Shown: one piece after another, positions 23,267-34,490 of the stretch
Position numbering within the stretch: the stretch's first letter is position 1
How the letters are laid out: every line of letters starts with the position of its first letter
Assembly (NCBI RefSeq): GCF_001194135.2
Contig: NC_068982.1
Span: 28,899,547-28,934,036 of the forward strand
DNA: 34,490 bases
Reading direction: 5' to 3'
Origin: Octopus bimaculoides
Taxonomy: Eukaryota
Program-made: the position numbers and the translations under genes
The notes under the pieces: model-generated
The model's database searches: none
Told to the model about the DNA's origin: nothing
What the model saw: the letters and a program-made list of their open reading frames with translations, nothing else

Positions 23267-23412
23267 TACGACGGGTTTCTTTCAGTTTCTGTCTACCAAA
23301 TCCACTCACAAGGCTTTGGTCGGCCCGAGGCTATAGTAGAAGACACCTGCCCAAGGTGCCACGCAGTGGGACTGAAACTGGAACCATGCGGTTCGTAAGC
23401 CACTCCTACGCC
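22911..23412 (-). mobile_element. SINE family A, full length, spanning an N gap
   Basis: Reverse complement of family A; the gap 23149-23233 lies in the internal microsatellite. Confidence 0.93.
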
Positions 23413-23725
23413 TATTGGGTAAAGAAATAACAAATTTACATTATCCTAAATAAAGCTTTATGGAAAGCTTTAAATATTTACTCGGATATTATTGCGGGTG
23501 CACCAATCTTTATTATCGATTTTATTTCTTTTATGCACACTAGTCAGTTCTTGTTGAACTTTAAGTTTCCATATGCAATTAAATGTTAGTCAATTGGTTT
23601 GAAACATCTAATAAGCCATTTCACTATCGAGGAATTTAATCCGCAGCTAACATAAGCTGTGGATTAGTTGAGTCGTCAGTGCATCGGATGAAATGTCTCG
23701 TTGTAGTTTATCTTTTATCGTTTAC

Positions 23726-23912
23726 CTTTTACTTGTTTCAGTTATTAGACTACAGCCATGCTGGAGCACCCACCTTGAAGCATTTTAATAGAACGAATTG
23801 AACCCAGTACAAACTTCTTAAAGCCCAATACTTAGTTTATCGATCTTTTTTTCCTAAACGATAAGTTACGGGGACGTAAGCACACCGACAGCAGTTGTCA
23901 AACAGTAGTAGG
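23726..23912 (-). mobile_element. SINE family A, 3' half
   Basis: cttttacttgtttcagtt...ccatgctggagcacc...aagttacggggacgtaa. Confidence 0.8.
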
Positions 23913-23991
23913 ACACACACACTCTGTCTGTCTGTCTGTCTGTCACTTACTCTCTCTCTCTCTCTCACCACCACCCCCGCACACACACGCG

Positions 23992-24024
<33 letters not shown>

Positions 24025-24055
24025 CAAATTTAGGGAATGGAATAGATGAAATTCA

Positions 24056-24133
24056 GACTACATATGTTTCATAGCTAGCGGAATCTCGGAAGTAGTAAAA
24101 CCGAGAGGTAGCCCGCACGCTACACTTCAGGCC
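24056..24133 (-). ncRNA. Type I hammerhead ribozyme motif, long stem II, A9U core change
   Basis: Minus strand: GGC-CTGAAGT-GTAGC..GCGG..TCTCGG-loop-CCGAGA..CCGC..GCTAT-GAA-AC ATAT GT-A-GTC. Confidence 0.75.
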
Positions 24134-24944
24134 AAGGATGCCTTGATAATATGAAATTTACATTATCGTTAGGAGATGCCGTGTAAATTCGTTGGAGATT
24201 CGTTCAAAATGAAAATATATTTGTGAAGAAGTAAAAAAAAAAATATATATATATATGGAAGTAGGCAAGTTTGTCATGGAGAAGAATATGAGTAATGTGG
24301 GTCGGGGTGGGGGAGAGAAGGTTCGATATTGAAACTGGCTGGGGAGATGCCTTTATAAAAATTTAGTTAGGGGTCATTCGCGAGTCTGTTGTAGGATAGA
24401 TAAGTAAACATATTGTAGCATTATTCTATAAAGCCATTTAAACAGAGTCAAAGCATGAAGATATAGAAGTGGTATTTGAAATGGATAAGGTGGGGGGAAT
24501 GAAAGAGAGGTAGAAGGAAGATAATGCATTTTGGTCAAAAATAGTGGACTTAGTGGAGTTGGTAGTAGTAATTCAATTTTATAATCCAGAGACAGCGAGT
24601 GAAATGGGAATAGTAGCTTCAGTCTGAGAGTACGCGAGTGCGTATTAGCGCGTACGCGCGCATATGTTGTGCGTCTGCAGAATCTAATAGATGTGTACGC
24701 GTGCTTGGGTATTTGTATATTATCATGTGCGGATGAGATGTGTGTTGAGATAGAAAAGTTTTGAAAACTTTCAGTACAAAGGATAGGGGAATATAAAAAA
24801 AAACATGAAAAATAATAAAAAATTTAGAAAATATATCAGTGGTTAAAAAGTAGTTTGCTGTAAAGATATATGTAGAGGGATAACAGTTGGGGACATGGGA
24901 GATAGTTAGGGGATGACGCGAGGGTGGAATGGTGGGACTGGTGT

Positions 24945-25500
24945 TATTTGTACTTAGAGAATAAATTGTATAATTTGTGTCGACAAGTAAAAATTATGCC
25001 ATCCCGTTTGTAATCAGGGAATGCCTAATGGAGAAGACCTCGGCGATGCAGAGATCACATTTAAACTGGTATACAGTTTAGCATGGATGACTATAGACCA
25101 TTTCAAATTATAAGGAATTGATTAATGCTGAGGTTTGTGGATTAGTCGAGATAAAGAGATGCTATTAGATCTTGTTGGGGATTTGAAAGCTAGAGTAGTG
25201 ATTACCCAGTCTGACTTTGAAGGTGATGCCGCACGAGCGGTAGAATTGTCAGCTGATACTGTACATTTGTAGACAATGTTTTTAGTAAGACAGTGATTAC
25301 CTAGGGGACAGGGAGTGGAGAGTCTGAAGCTGCACAGAGTCGTAGGGGATGCTGAGGATGAATTCGCAGTGTGATAGTTATTTAGTGAAGGTCCGGTATT
25401 ATGTTCATTCTCTGTGGCGGCGTTGGAATTATTACGTCTTAGGGGGTTAAGGGAGATATCAGTGGGGTATATTTCATGGTAGCTTTCATGTCTAAACATA
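24945..25500 (-). pseudogene. GIY-YIG endonuclease pseudogene of PLE B (frameshifts; YIG motif damaged)
   Basis: See PLE B. ORF 25122-25499 carries the Cys-rich linker and VY motif; compensating frameshifts occur around 25170-25245. Confidence 0.85.
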
Positions 25501-25709
25501 TTATCACTGACTTCCTTTATTTCCGTATTAGGTATAGTCTGGTCGTGAGGTAGGTTTGTGGTGCGGATGTTAGTAATAGAATTAGAATAGGAGGCATGAG
25601 GATCAGTGTTCGTAAGGAGGCTTAGAGGTGTTCTAGGTTTATGGGTATGGAGCTGGGGGTTCGGGTGAGTTATGTTATTATATAAAGGTTAGCTAACTGT
25701 AGGTTTCTA

Positions 25710-25772
<63 letters not shown>

Positions 25773-25781
25773 GACACACAC

Positions 25782-25917
25782 ACGACAGGCTTCTTTCAGC
25801 TTCTTTCAGACCAAACCCACTCGCAAGGCTTTGGTCAGCCCGTGGTTATAGTAGAAGACACTTGTGCAAGTTGCCATATAGTGGAACTGAACCTGGAACT
25901 ATGTGGTTGGGTACCAA
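25782..25917 (-). mobile_element. SINE family A, 5' half
   Basis: cccactcgcaaggctttggtcagcccg...tagtagaagacacttgtgcaag. Confidence 0.8.
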
Positions 25918-27268
25918 ATTGACTGTTTGTCCAGATTCTTTTTTTTTTTCACACTGAGTTCAAATCCCGCTTTGGCCAACTTGGGTGGTAGACTTAATTT
26001 GTCTCCCAGTCTAACACTACCACATTGAATGCCTGTTTCGGAGTCTACGCTGTTACAAGCATTCAGGCCTGATTATTATTTTGGAGATACCTTCTTCCTT
26101 CACTTACTAATACTTGGAAATCTTGCAAAGGACCATGGGAACTAGCTTTCCTCCAGGTAAAAGATAGCAAAATACCTGTCTACGGGAATGTTTCAATGTA
26201 ATATGTTATTAAACACACAGAAATATATCAAGGTAGTGTAGAAAAAACATATTTATGTTTATGTCATGTAATAGCGCCGATATACTTTACGAAGATTAAC
26301 CGTATTATGCGTATGAGTGTGTGCGTGTGTGTGTGTGCATAACTTTTAATATTTTTGGTAAGTCATACTGAATTTTCTACGTATGCGCATATCAATTTGT
26401 CTTGTAAAATTGATGTTTCAGATGTACATTAAAAATCCGAAAATAGAGAGGTATTAAAAAAAAAATCATAGTGGAAATGGGAGAAAGGTAGTTCTATAGA
26501 AATAGTTTCAGAAATAAATAATATATGTGAATATATTGTAAGCAAACTGAGTGAAATATGGATTAGCCATATATCAACATACTTACATACACAATACACA
26601 CTCATGCACACACACACACACACACATAATGTAGATGATAGCAAAATTGTAAAATATATGCAGTATTTTCTGACAAAAAAATTTTATGCTTTAATTGCGT
26701 TTCTAAATCTGATGTCATGATGCTTTTATCGTATAAACTTTAAAGCTTCCCATAACTTCAATTATCGTTAACTTTACTATTTTTTTCCAGTTGAACAGCA
26801 TTTATAATTCCACTAAGAATAAACGTAATATTTCCGATGTAACAACAAACCGAATTTTTTTTTTACAAAATTGATTATATCAGTCACTTCAACATTCTAA
26901 TGCAACACACACACACACACACACACACGAATTAATTTCGTGTGCACAGAAATCACAGAGACTTGTTGCATGTTATGTTCCTTTAACATGCAACAGGTTA
27001 CACCTTTCTTTAAGAAATATTTTGTGTAAGGAGAAACCACTGAATGTGATGCTTTCGATATTACATCGTATATTAATGCACTTACGTGGAATTAAAGTAA
27101 TTAAAAATTTGTCTGAAATAATACTTATTAATTTATATGCCAGGAATAAATTATGAATTATTAATAAAACAGATGGTTCCTGGCTGAACAATTCGTTATA
27201 GTATTTAGTTTCGTTTGACCCGCTATAGGTTCAAAACTCGCGAATTCGACTTTGCGTTTTATTCATAA

Positions 27269-27416
27269 GCGTAGGTGTGGCTGTGTGGTAAGAAGTTGGC
27301 TTCCCAAACACACGATTTTGGACTCAGTCCCATTGCGTGGCACATTGGACAACTGTTTTCTACTATAGCCCCGGGCCGACCAAAGCCTTGTGAGTGGGTT
27401 TGGTAAACGGAAGCTG
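27269..27416 (+). mobile_element. SINE family A, 5' half
   Basis: gcgtaggtgtggctgtgtggtaagaag...ccgaccaaagccttgtgagtgg. Confidence 0.85.
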
Positions 27417-27761
27417 ACTTCTTCTAGCTTTACGTTCAATTTCCGCTGACTTTGACTTTGCTTTCATTCTTTAGAGATCGATAATATAAATGCCAGTTAA
27501 ATATCGGTTTCGATGAAACCGTTTAGCCTCCACCTTCTCACGAGTGTTCGGGCCTTGTGCTTATGATAGAAAGAATTATTATTATGATCATTGTCAATGT
27601 TATTTAGTTCCTATGACCATATGCCTTGTTTTTTATATTTACACTTTACCTCCAGACTCTCTCATAAAAGAATGCCTTATATTTGAGGAAAATTTGGCTA
27701 CTATTTCTTATTATCGACTGTATAAGCACTTATCACCCTCTTTTTAAACCAACAACATAAC

Positions 27762-27952
27762 ATTAGTTTCAAATTTTGACTCAAGGCTAGGAAGTTAAGA
27801 GTAGGGTTAAGTCGATTATATCAACCCCAGTGCTCAACTGATACTTACTTTCCCAACCCACCAAGGATGAAATGTAAAGTGACGTCGACGGAATTTGAAC
27901 TCAAAACGTAAAGACGGACGAAATGCCGAGAAGCATTTTGCCCGACGTGCTA
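27762..27952 (-). mobile_element. SINE family B
   Basis: gtcgattatatcaaccccagtgctcaactg...cggaatttgaactcaaaacgta. Confidence 0.85.
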
Positions 27953-27956
27953 ATAA

Positions 27957-28132
27957 ATTCTTTTCTATTATAGCCACGAGGCCTGAAATTTAGGGGAGGG
28001 AAATATTCGATTTCGTCGACCCCAGTACTCATCCGAAAGTATGGCGGAATTTCAACTCAGAACGTAGCGACGGGCGAAATACCTTTAAGCATTTCGTCTA
28101 GCTTGCTAACAATTCTGCCAGCTCACCACCTT
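27957..28132 (-). mobile_element. SINE family B with internal deletion
   Basis: ggcggaatttcaactcagaacgta...ttctgccagctcaccacc. Confidence 0.85.
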
Positions 28133-28164
28133 AACCGACAACAACATAATATTAATATTTGTCT

Positions 28165-28322
28165 GTCTCTATGTTCTGAGCTCAAATTCCGCCGAGGTCG
28201 ACTTTGCCTTTCATCCTTTCGGGGGTCGATAAATTAAGTACCAGTTGCGTATTGGGGTCGATATAATCGACTGGCTCCTTCCCCTAAAATTTCGGGCCTT
28301 GTGCCTAGATTAGAAAAGAATA
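28165..28322 (+). mobile_element. SINE family B, 5'-truncated, low divergence
   Basis: gttctgagctcaaattccgccgaggtcgactttgcctttcatcctttcggggg. Confidence 0.9.
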
Positions 28323-28937
28323 TTAATATTTGTCATACAATTACAATTGCGCCAGCAGCATTTCCATCACTACCATAATTATGAGAGTATATTATGCGAG
28401 TTATTAGAATTTGCATTGAATGTGTCAGATAAAAGAAACCCTCTCAACGTCTCATCTTTATGCCAAGTAAAGAAGGAAGAAACGGGAAGGCTTTTGCTGT
28501 TAATTTTTTCTCTCCATTTTCCTTCGGGCTTGAATATCTCTTAATTTATAAGATTAACTGCTGGTGCCATAAATTAAAATTAATTTACCTTTTTGGCCTT
28601 TCATGACGAGTAGATAAGAAACACTAATAGTGAATTATTAAACATCAACTGACTCCCACGCCAACAAATATTTTCAAGTTCACTGCTAGCTTTATTATCT
28701 CTGATGACCCTAAAAAAAAAACGTGTTTTAAATTCTTTATTTTTATCAGCTGGGATTATTTTGAGAAACACGTGGCTCCCTAACTCTATGTACATAGTAT
28801 TTCATGCATGCATGTACGCATATAAGTGTGTGTGTGTATAATGATTGACATAAGTCTGGAATTGTAACAACAGCGAAAATAGCAGAATGAGGAAACCAGC
28901 TAATAAAAACAATGGTAGCAGAAGAGAAGAGAATAGC

Positions 28938-29016
28938 AAGTAGTAGTAGTAGTAGTAGTAAGAACAGCAATAGTAGCAGTAGCAGCAGCAACAGTAGTAG
29001 TAGTAGTAGTAGTAGT
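28938..29016. repeat. (GTA)n/(GCA)n compound trinucleotide repeat
   Basis: Seen directly; a similar (GTA)n lies at about 12975-13012. Confidence 0.9.
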
Positions 29017-29774
29017 TACATTTCGAGCAGTTAGTCCCCTTCACTACACAAAACCACAAAATAAAATGATACACGTTTTTGTTGATTTGCAGCAAATAAA
29101 TAAATAAAAACAGTTATTTGCAAGCAACAAACAAAACGGTGAAACAAACCACACTGCTAGTTACTAACATCTGTTACAGACGTACAAACATTCCATTCTC
29201 AGACTCACTCTATTAATGCTTTTTAATAAAGATGTATTCTCAAAAGTAGAAAAAGGCGTGGAAGTTAAAGCAAAACGCTATGGGTCGAATCCTTTTTTCA
29301 TGAGGGTTGCTACAAAATCTAAAATTTAATTAATCCTTTCAGTTGCTTTGTTATCTGTCTATTAAATACAGAAAAATATGACAGTATATTTTTCTTTCCT
29401 CTTTTTTTTTTCTTTCTAACCAGTATTATGCTGGTCGCACACAGCTCATTATACGAGTCACATTTTCTCTTAGATTCAATGAAAGTCGTTAACGACGAAA
29501 CAATAGCTTACAAAAACGCCGTCTGTTATTTCAAATGTGTCGTTTGCAAATTTCATCAATTGTTGCACGTGTGGTTGTTTCATATTCAACCCGTGGTCAA
29601 GAACGCTATGGATTAAGATTCGGTGCTTTTGCTACTTGGTCGCGTTTATTGTTTTTGCATTGTTCTGCCTGTATTACAAAAAGATGACGCTGTTATATTA
29701 TGTACTAATTGCATAGGTGATTAACGCTATCGATTTACATCTTCTGTTAACTATCATATATGTTTATGATACTA

Positions 29775-30072
29775 GGAGCACTTCATCGGTTAAGACGACG
29801 AGGGTCCCAGCTGATACGATCAATGGAACAGCTTGCTCATGAAATTAACGTGCAAGTGGCTGAGCAATCCACAGACGTAGTTCTCAGGGAGACTCAGCGT
29901 GACACATAGCGTGACAAGGCTGGCCCTTTGAAATACAGGTACTATTCATTTTTGCCAGTTGAGTGAACTGGAGCAACATGAAATAAAGTGTCTTGCTCAA
30001 GGACACAACGCATCGCCGGGAATGGAACCCACAACCTTACGATGCCTTAACCACTAAGCCACGCGCCTTTAC
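29775..30072 (-). mobile_element. tRNA-derived SINE (CORE-like domain, family C tail) with 12-bp TSD
   Basis: TTTATGATACTA at 29763-29774 and 30073-30084; minus-strand head ggcgcgtggcttagtggttaagg...gggttccattccc. Confidence 0.9.
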
Positions 30073-30114
30073 TTTATGATACTAAAAATATCTATTCAAT
30101 ATTATACCTACACG

Positions 30115-30320
30115 CGAGCTGGAAGAATCGTTAGCACGCTGAGCAAAATACTGAGCAGCATTTCGCTCACATTTACGTTCTGAGTTCGAATTCCGTCAGG
30201 GCCGACTTTGTCTTTCATCCTTTCGAGATTGATAGAATGAGAGCCAGTTGAACACTGCATTCAATGTAATCGACTTACTCTTTTCTGAAACTGTTGGCCT
30301 TGTGCTAAAATTTGAAACCA
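30115..30320 (+). mobile_element. SINE family B
   Basis: gcgagctggaagaatcgttagcacg...cgttctgagttcgaattccg. Confidence 0.85.
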
Positions 30321-30339
30321 ATATTATAGATACACGCAA

Positions 30340-30532
30340 AGCAGCAAGCTGGAGAATCGTTAGCAACCTGGGTAAAATGCTTAGCACTATTTCGTCCGTC
30401 TTCACGATCTGAGGTCGGCTTCGCTTTCGTCCTTTCGGGATCGATACAATATATGCTAATTGATCAATGGGGTCTATCTGATCGACTAACCCCTCCCCCA
30501 AAATTGCTGGCCTTGTAACAAAATTTGAAATG
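30340..30532 (+). mobile_element. SINE family B (tandem with the previous copy)
   Basis: gctggagaatcgttagc...ggggtctatctgatcgac...ccttgtaacaaaatttgaaa. Confidence 0.8.
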
Positions 30533-30626
30533 TATATTATACACACGAACACACACACATATATATATACATACATACATACATACATGCATATATACAT
30601 ACGTACATGCATGCATATATACATAC

Positions 30627-30665
<39 letters not shown>

Positions 30666-31590
30666 AAGGATTTGTAAAATCGTCCCGATAGTGGTTACTA
30701 AGAACGCGAGATGCATTTCGATCTTTTTAGGCCTTATCAATAACGTTTATTCGCAGCGAACCACGTGCCTCGAAGAGATTCGCTGCCTCCGATATAGGAC
30801 ACAAACAAAATTACATTTACTGGTATTGTGAATAGCTATTGAATAAATAGTCCCGAGTGCGCAAATGTGGTAGTAAAATTATACGACGTTCCTTTTCTAT
30901 GTGACCATTTCTTTTTTTCCTCTCACTTTGCATCCATTTTTATTTACACACATGCAAGCTTCCTCAAAACCTCGAGTGTTGAACAACAAACAATTTAAAC
31001 AAGCGAACAAAACACGTACAAGAGAGTCATCATGTCGGCGGTTTAGTTTTTAAGACTTATAAACATACCAATGGGCTACATTTACAAATTACCTTTAATT
31101 CATAAACACACAAGCACATGCCCACAGATTAAAAAAAAAGTCACATAGCATACAGAACCAAACTAATTACGCTGAAACTCAAACAGACTTTAGCATATGC
31201 AGTGCAAACGTAAAATTAAATTGCTTGGAATCATTTAGTATTTTAAGCTGCGTCACGTGTAGTTAAGAAGTGATGTATATGTATATATGTATACACGCAG
31301 GTATGTATGTGCGTGCGCAAGTGTGTGTGCTTTTGATGGTTTACCAATACCAACAACTCATTGGATACTCCTGAAAGCAGCAAAGGTCATGTAATGATGG
31401 CAAATCAGGAGATACATTAAATCAAGTTCCTAACTATATGTGTTGTTGTGTACATGAATGTGTCTACATGTATGTCTCTAATGTCACAAACAGCGTTTGC
31501 TGAATTTTCTTGAGAACAGTCTCTTCTTAGTGGTCAGACCATAGGGGGTATACGTCTAGCATAATGGATGTCAACTTAGTGGTCATCCAT

Positions 31591-31629
<39 letters not shown>

Positions 31630-31750
31630 NNNNNNNNNNNNNNNNNNNNNNNNNNNNNNNNNNNNNNNNNNNNNNNNNNNNNNNNNNNNNNNNNNNNNNN
31701 NNNNNNNNNNNNNNNNNCACGCATATTCCAGTACTATGTTTGTGTGCTAA

Positions 31751-32132
31751 GTTGTTGGCACTCCGTCGCTTACGACGTCGAGGGTTCCAGTTGGTCCAAT
31801 CAACGAAACAGCCTGCTCGTGAAATTAACGTGCAAGTGGCTGAGAACTCCACAGACATATGTACCCTTAACACAGTTCTCGGGGATATTCAACGTGACAC
31901 AGTGTGACAAGGCTGACCCTTTGAATTACAGGCACAACAGAAACAGGAAGTAAGATTGAGAGAAAGTTGTGGTGAAAGAGTACAGCAGGGTTCACCACTA
32001 TCCTGCCGGAGCCTCGTGGGGCTTTAGGTGTTTTCGCTCAATAAACATTCACAACGCCCGGTCTGGGAATCGAAACCGTGATCCTATGACCGCGAGTCCG
32101 CTGCGCTAACCACTGGGCCATTGCGCCTCCAC
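31751..32132 (-). mobile_element. tRNA-derived SINE family C, full length, 9-bp TSD
   Basis: GTGTGCTAA at 31742-31750 and 32133-32141; minus-strand A box tggcccagtgg and B box ggtttcgattccc. Confidence 0.92.
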
Positions 32133-33375
32133 GTGTGCTAAATAAAAGAAAACAAAATAAAACAGAAAACAGAAACTAGTGGGGAGTTTGCATTGCCAAA
32201 ATTACTTTTAGCGGTATGATGTGAAGATTTCGAGTCCGTATATCACGTTGACAGTAATTTCCAATGATTCGAATAGAGTCCTTCTTTGGAGCAGAGAGAA
32301 ATTCTTTTCTTTGTCCTAAATCAAAGAAATCCAAGAATTAGGGGAGAATTGCTGGAATTGGTAAAGAATTTAGTTACAGGAAATGCATTAGTGGGAAGTG
32401 TTTGGAGAGCGAAAAAGAAAACAAATTTGGGAGGGAGAGAGAGGGTAGAAGTGGATGGAGAATAAAAATAAGTAGGAAGTGAGGGGATTATTGATCAGTG
32501 ATAAATAGGGAATTTGTTTAGAGGTTAGCGTACAGTCAGCGATTAGTAGACAGCTTGTCAATAATAATATAACACATCCGTGTTTGTACACACATAAGAA
32601 TGGTTCAAAATTGCCAACTAATGAACATTTGTACATGTATGGAATAACGTAGGCATACACATTGTAGAAATGAAGCTGGTAACAGCTTTCGTGCTTTTCT
32701 TTTTCTCACATGCACATATACATATTCATAACGGAGTACGATTTCGACCAGTAAATAGAATATATTTTTATGTAGTAAATATATAGTTCTTGAATTTATT
32801 CATCATCTCTCTATGAACTCTTGTAATAAAATACACGCAGCTACATCAACTTGTACTGACAATATATAACCACTCAGCTATTATCACTCAGCTACGCCTT
32901 TCATAAGTACATATACACACATATGCGCATATCCATCTAAATGTATATATAAATAATAAATGTATGTTCTTAGAGAACAGTCCTCTTCTACACATAATGT
33001 ACCTGCAATTAGCACCACGCCTTCATACGTACACCAAGTAAACATTTATACCACCCAGCCATACTTAAATACGAATACACGAACCCTGGCCATCTAAATG
33101 TACATATGAATAATAAACATATTCTTAGAAAAAAAATTGCCGCTTCCTTACACATATACCAACATGTAGCACACGCGTTTAGTACGTATGCAAACATATA
33201 CCAACTAAACATCAATAATACCGAAACGTATTTAAATACACATACTAAAATGCGAGTAGAGTATGGTGGAATTAGGAAAAGTTAATTTCATTCTAAGTAA
33301 TACATTTTATAAACGAATGCAATACGTTGTTCGTTGGTTTTCCTGGAATGTGTTTCTTATTTTGTTTCCTCTTAG

Positions 33376-33514
33376 TGTACGAAAATAACGGATACCAAGA
33401 AAGTGATACGAATAGAGTTGCCAAGTGTGTTGAAATCCTGGGGGAAAGATTAATCCGAAGTGCGTTGAAGCCAGCTGTGAAGTTTTTCGCAGACATGGAC
33501 ATGCAAGCGACAGT
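33376..33514 (+). CDS. Candidate internal coding exon of an unidentified gene
   Basis: Polypyrimidine acceptor tgtttcttattttgtttcctcttAG, open frame YENNGYQESDTNRVAKCVEILGERLIRSALKPAVKFFADMDMQAT, donor GTATGT at 33515. No homology recognised. Confidence 0.35.
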
Positions 33515-34490
33515 GTATGTTTTCCTAATATGGGAAATCATAGATAGTATATGTAATGTAATATATAACGCTGGTGGAGGTACAGCTTAGGTTGTGAGAG
33601 AGTTATTACTGGTATTAAGAGCCGGAGTTCGTTCAAGATACACATTTGCTTCCATAACAGGAAGCGGAAACCTTGACTGAAGATTATTTTACCGACCTCA
33701 AATGACACTCTTCTAGCGTGAAATCCAATCTGGATTTATACAATTATCCTTATCGTCTCCGTTTGTAACAGTTCCTTCAAACTTTTCTTCCGTTTCTCAA
33801 TAAACCGCTATAACCAACACCCATAGGTGTTGCATATAAAACCAAATACGAGGGTGGAGAAATAGCGATATATACCTGTTCTGTACAATGAAGTGGGATG
33901 TTAAAGAACGACTTGTGCGTTTCCCGGGTCATTCAAAGACTATAAAACGATATACACCGAAGGACTACTTCTAAGAAACAGTGCATCGCTGACTTACAAT
34001 TCCAGTACTACTACGACGAATAAATCTTCCTTTGTGGGAACTCACATTCTTATGTCACTACAGTGAATGGCTAAAATAACATGCTCAGCGTCGAACAAAT
34101 CAACAGTTAATCTCCAGGGCAAATTATCTGTATAAACATCCTCTTTCTATTCAAATAACTTGATCTTTTACCCTTATATATATATATATATATTGAACTT
34201 TTCCACTTTTGTAAACCTCCTTTATCATCCTTTTTTACCTTACTTTCCTTCACCTACCGTCTCTTCGTACTCTGGATGTTCCTAATCTGTCTTCTCTAAT
34301 CTGCACCTATTACTTTGTATTCTTCTCCCTCCCTTTCTTTTCTCCTCTCCCTGTCACCCCATTTCTCCCTATTGTCCCATCTTCCTTTTTGCTTTGTTTT
34401 TTTCTCCCATCTCGCATATATTTTCTTCTCACAACCCCTTTTTCGTTTTTTCTCCTCATGCCTTTATTTTTTTTCCCCCACACCTGTTAA

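Larger units (their letters stand above)
24026..25712 (-). mobile_element. Penelope-like retroelement B, 5'-truncated (GIY-YIG remnant, long 3' UTR, pLTR with hammerhead)
   Basis: Minus-strand frames give CSFRLSTPCPLGNHCLTKNIVYKCTV, TFKVRLGNHYSSF, SISLSRLIHK, IPYNLKWSI, CDLCIAE and TCRHK, in the order expected for a PLE GIY-YIG C-terminus. A hammerhead lies near the 3' end, and both ends abut microsatellites. Confidence 0.88.

Noticed and set aside
23619-23679. Minus-strand CTGACGA...GAAA around the 12-bp hairpin
   Set aside because: The stem II closing pair and stem I do not form, and the core overlaps a SINE head.
33677-33740. CTGAAGA...GAAATCC-AATCT-GGATT hammerhead-like pattern
   Set aside because: Stem III is plausible but stems I and II do not pair.

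Overview
AT-rich, microsatellite-dense, mostly non-coding eukaryotic DNA with four N gaps. The SINE content points to an octopus genome (inference from recalled repeat families). No complete protein-coding gene is present, and most ORFs in the track are translations of (TA)n/(CA)n repeats. Supported content: (i) about 30 tRNA-derived SINE copies from at least three families; (ii) a decayed Tc1/mariner transposase; (iii) at least three Penelope-like retroelement (PLE) remnants, one with a recognisable GIY-YIG endonuclease, each carrying a type I hammerhead ribozyme motif. Two of these motifs are homologous with an unusually long stem II; the third is compact with a CCGAUGA core; (iv) a composite locus at about 12.0-12.4 kb made of a SINE tail, a tRNA-Ile(AAT) pseudogene, a 57-nt segment re-inserted inverted 1.3 kb away between 13-bp direct repeats, and a 28S rRNA fragment; (v) a few weak candidate exons of an unidentified + strand gene. 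All family assignments come from recalled consensus motifs, not database searches.
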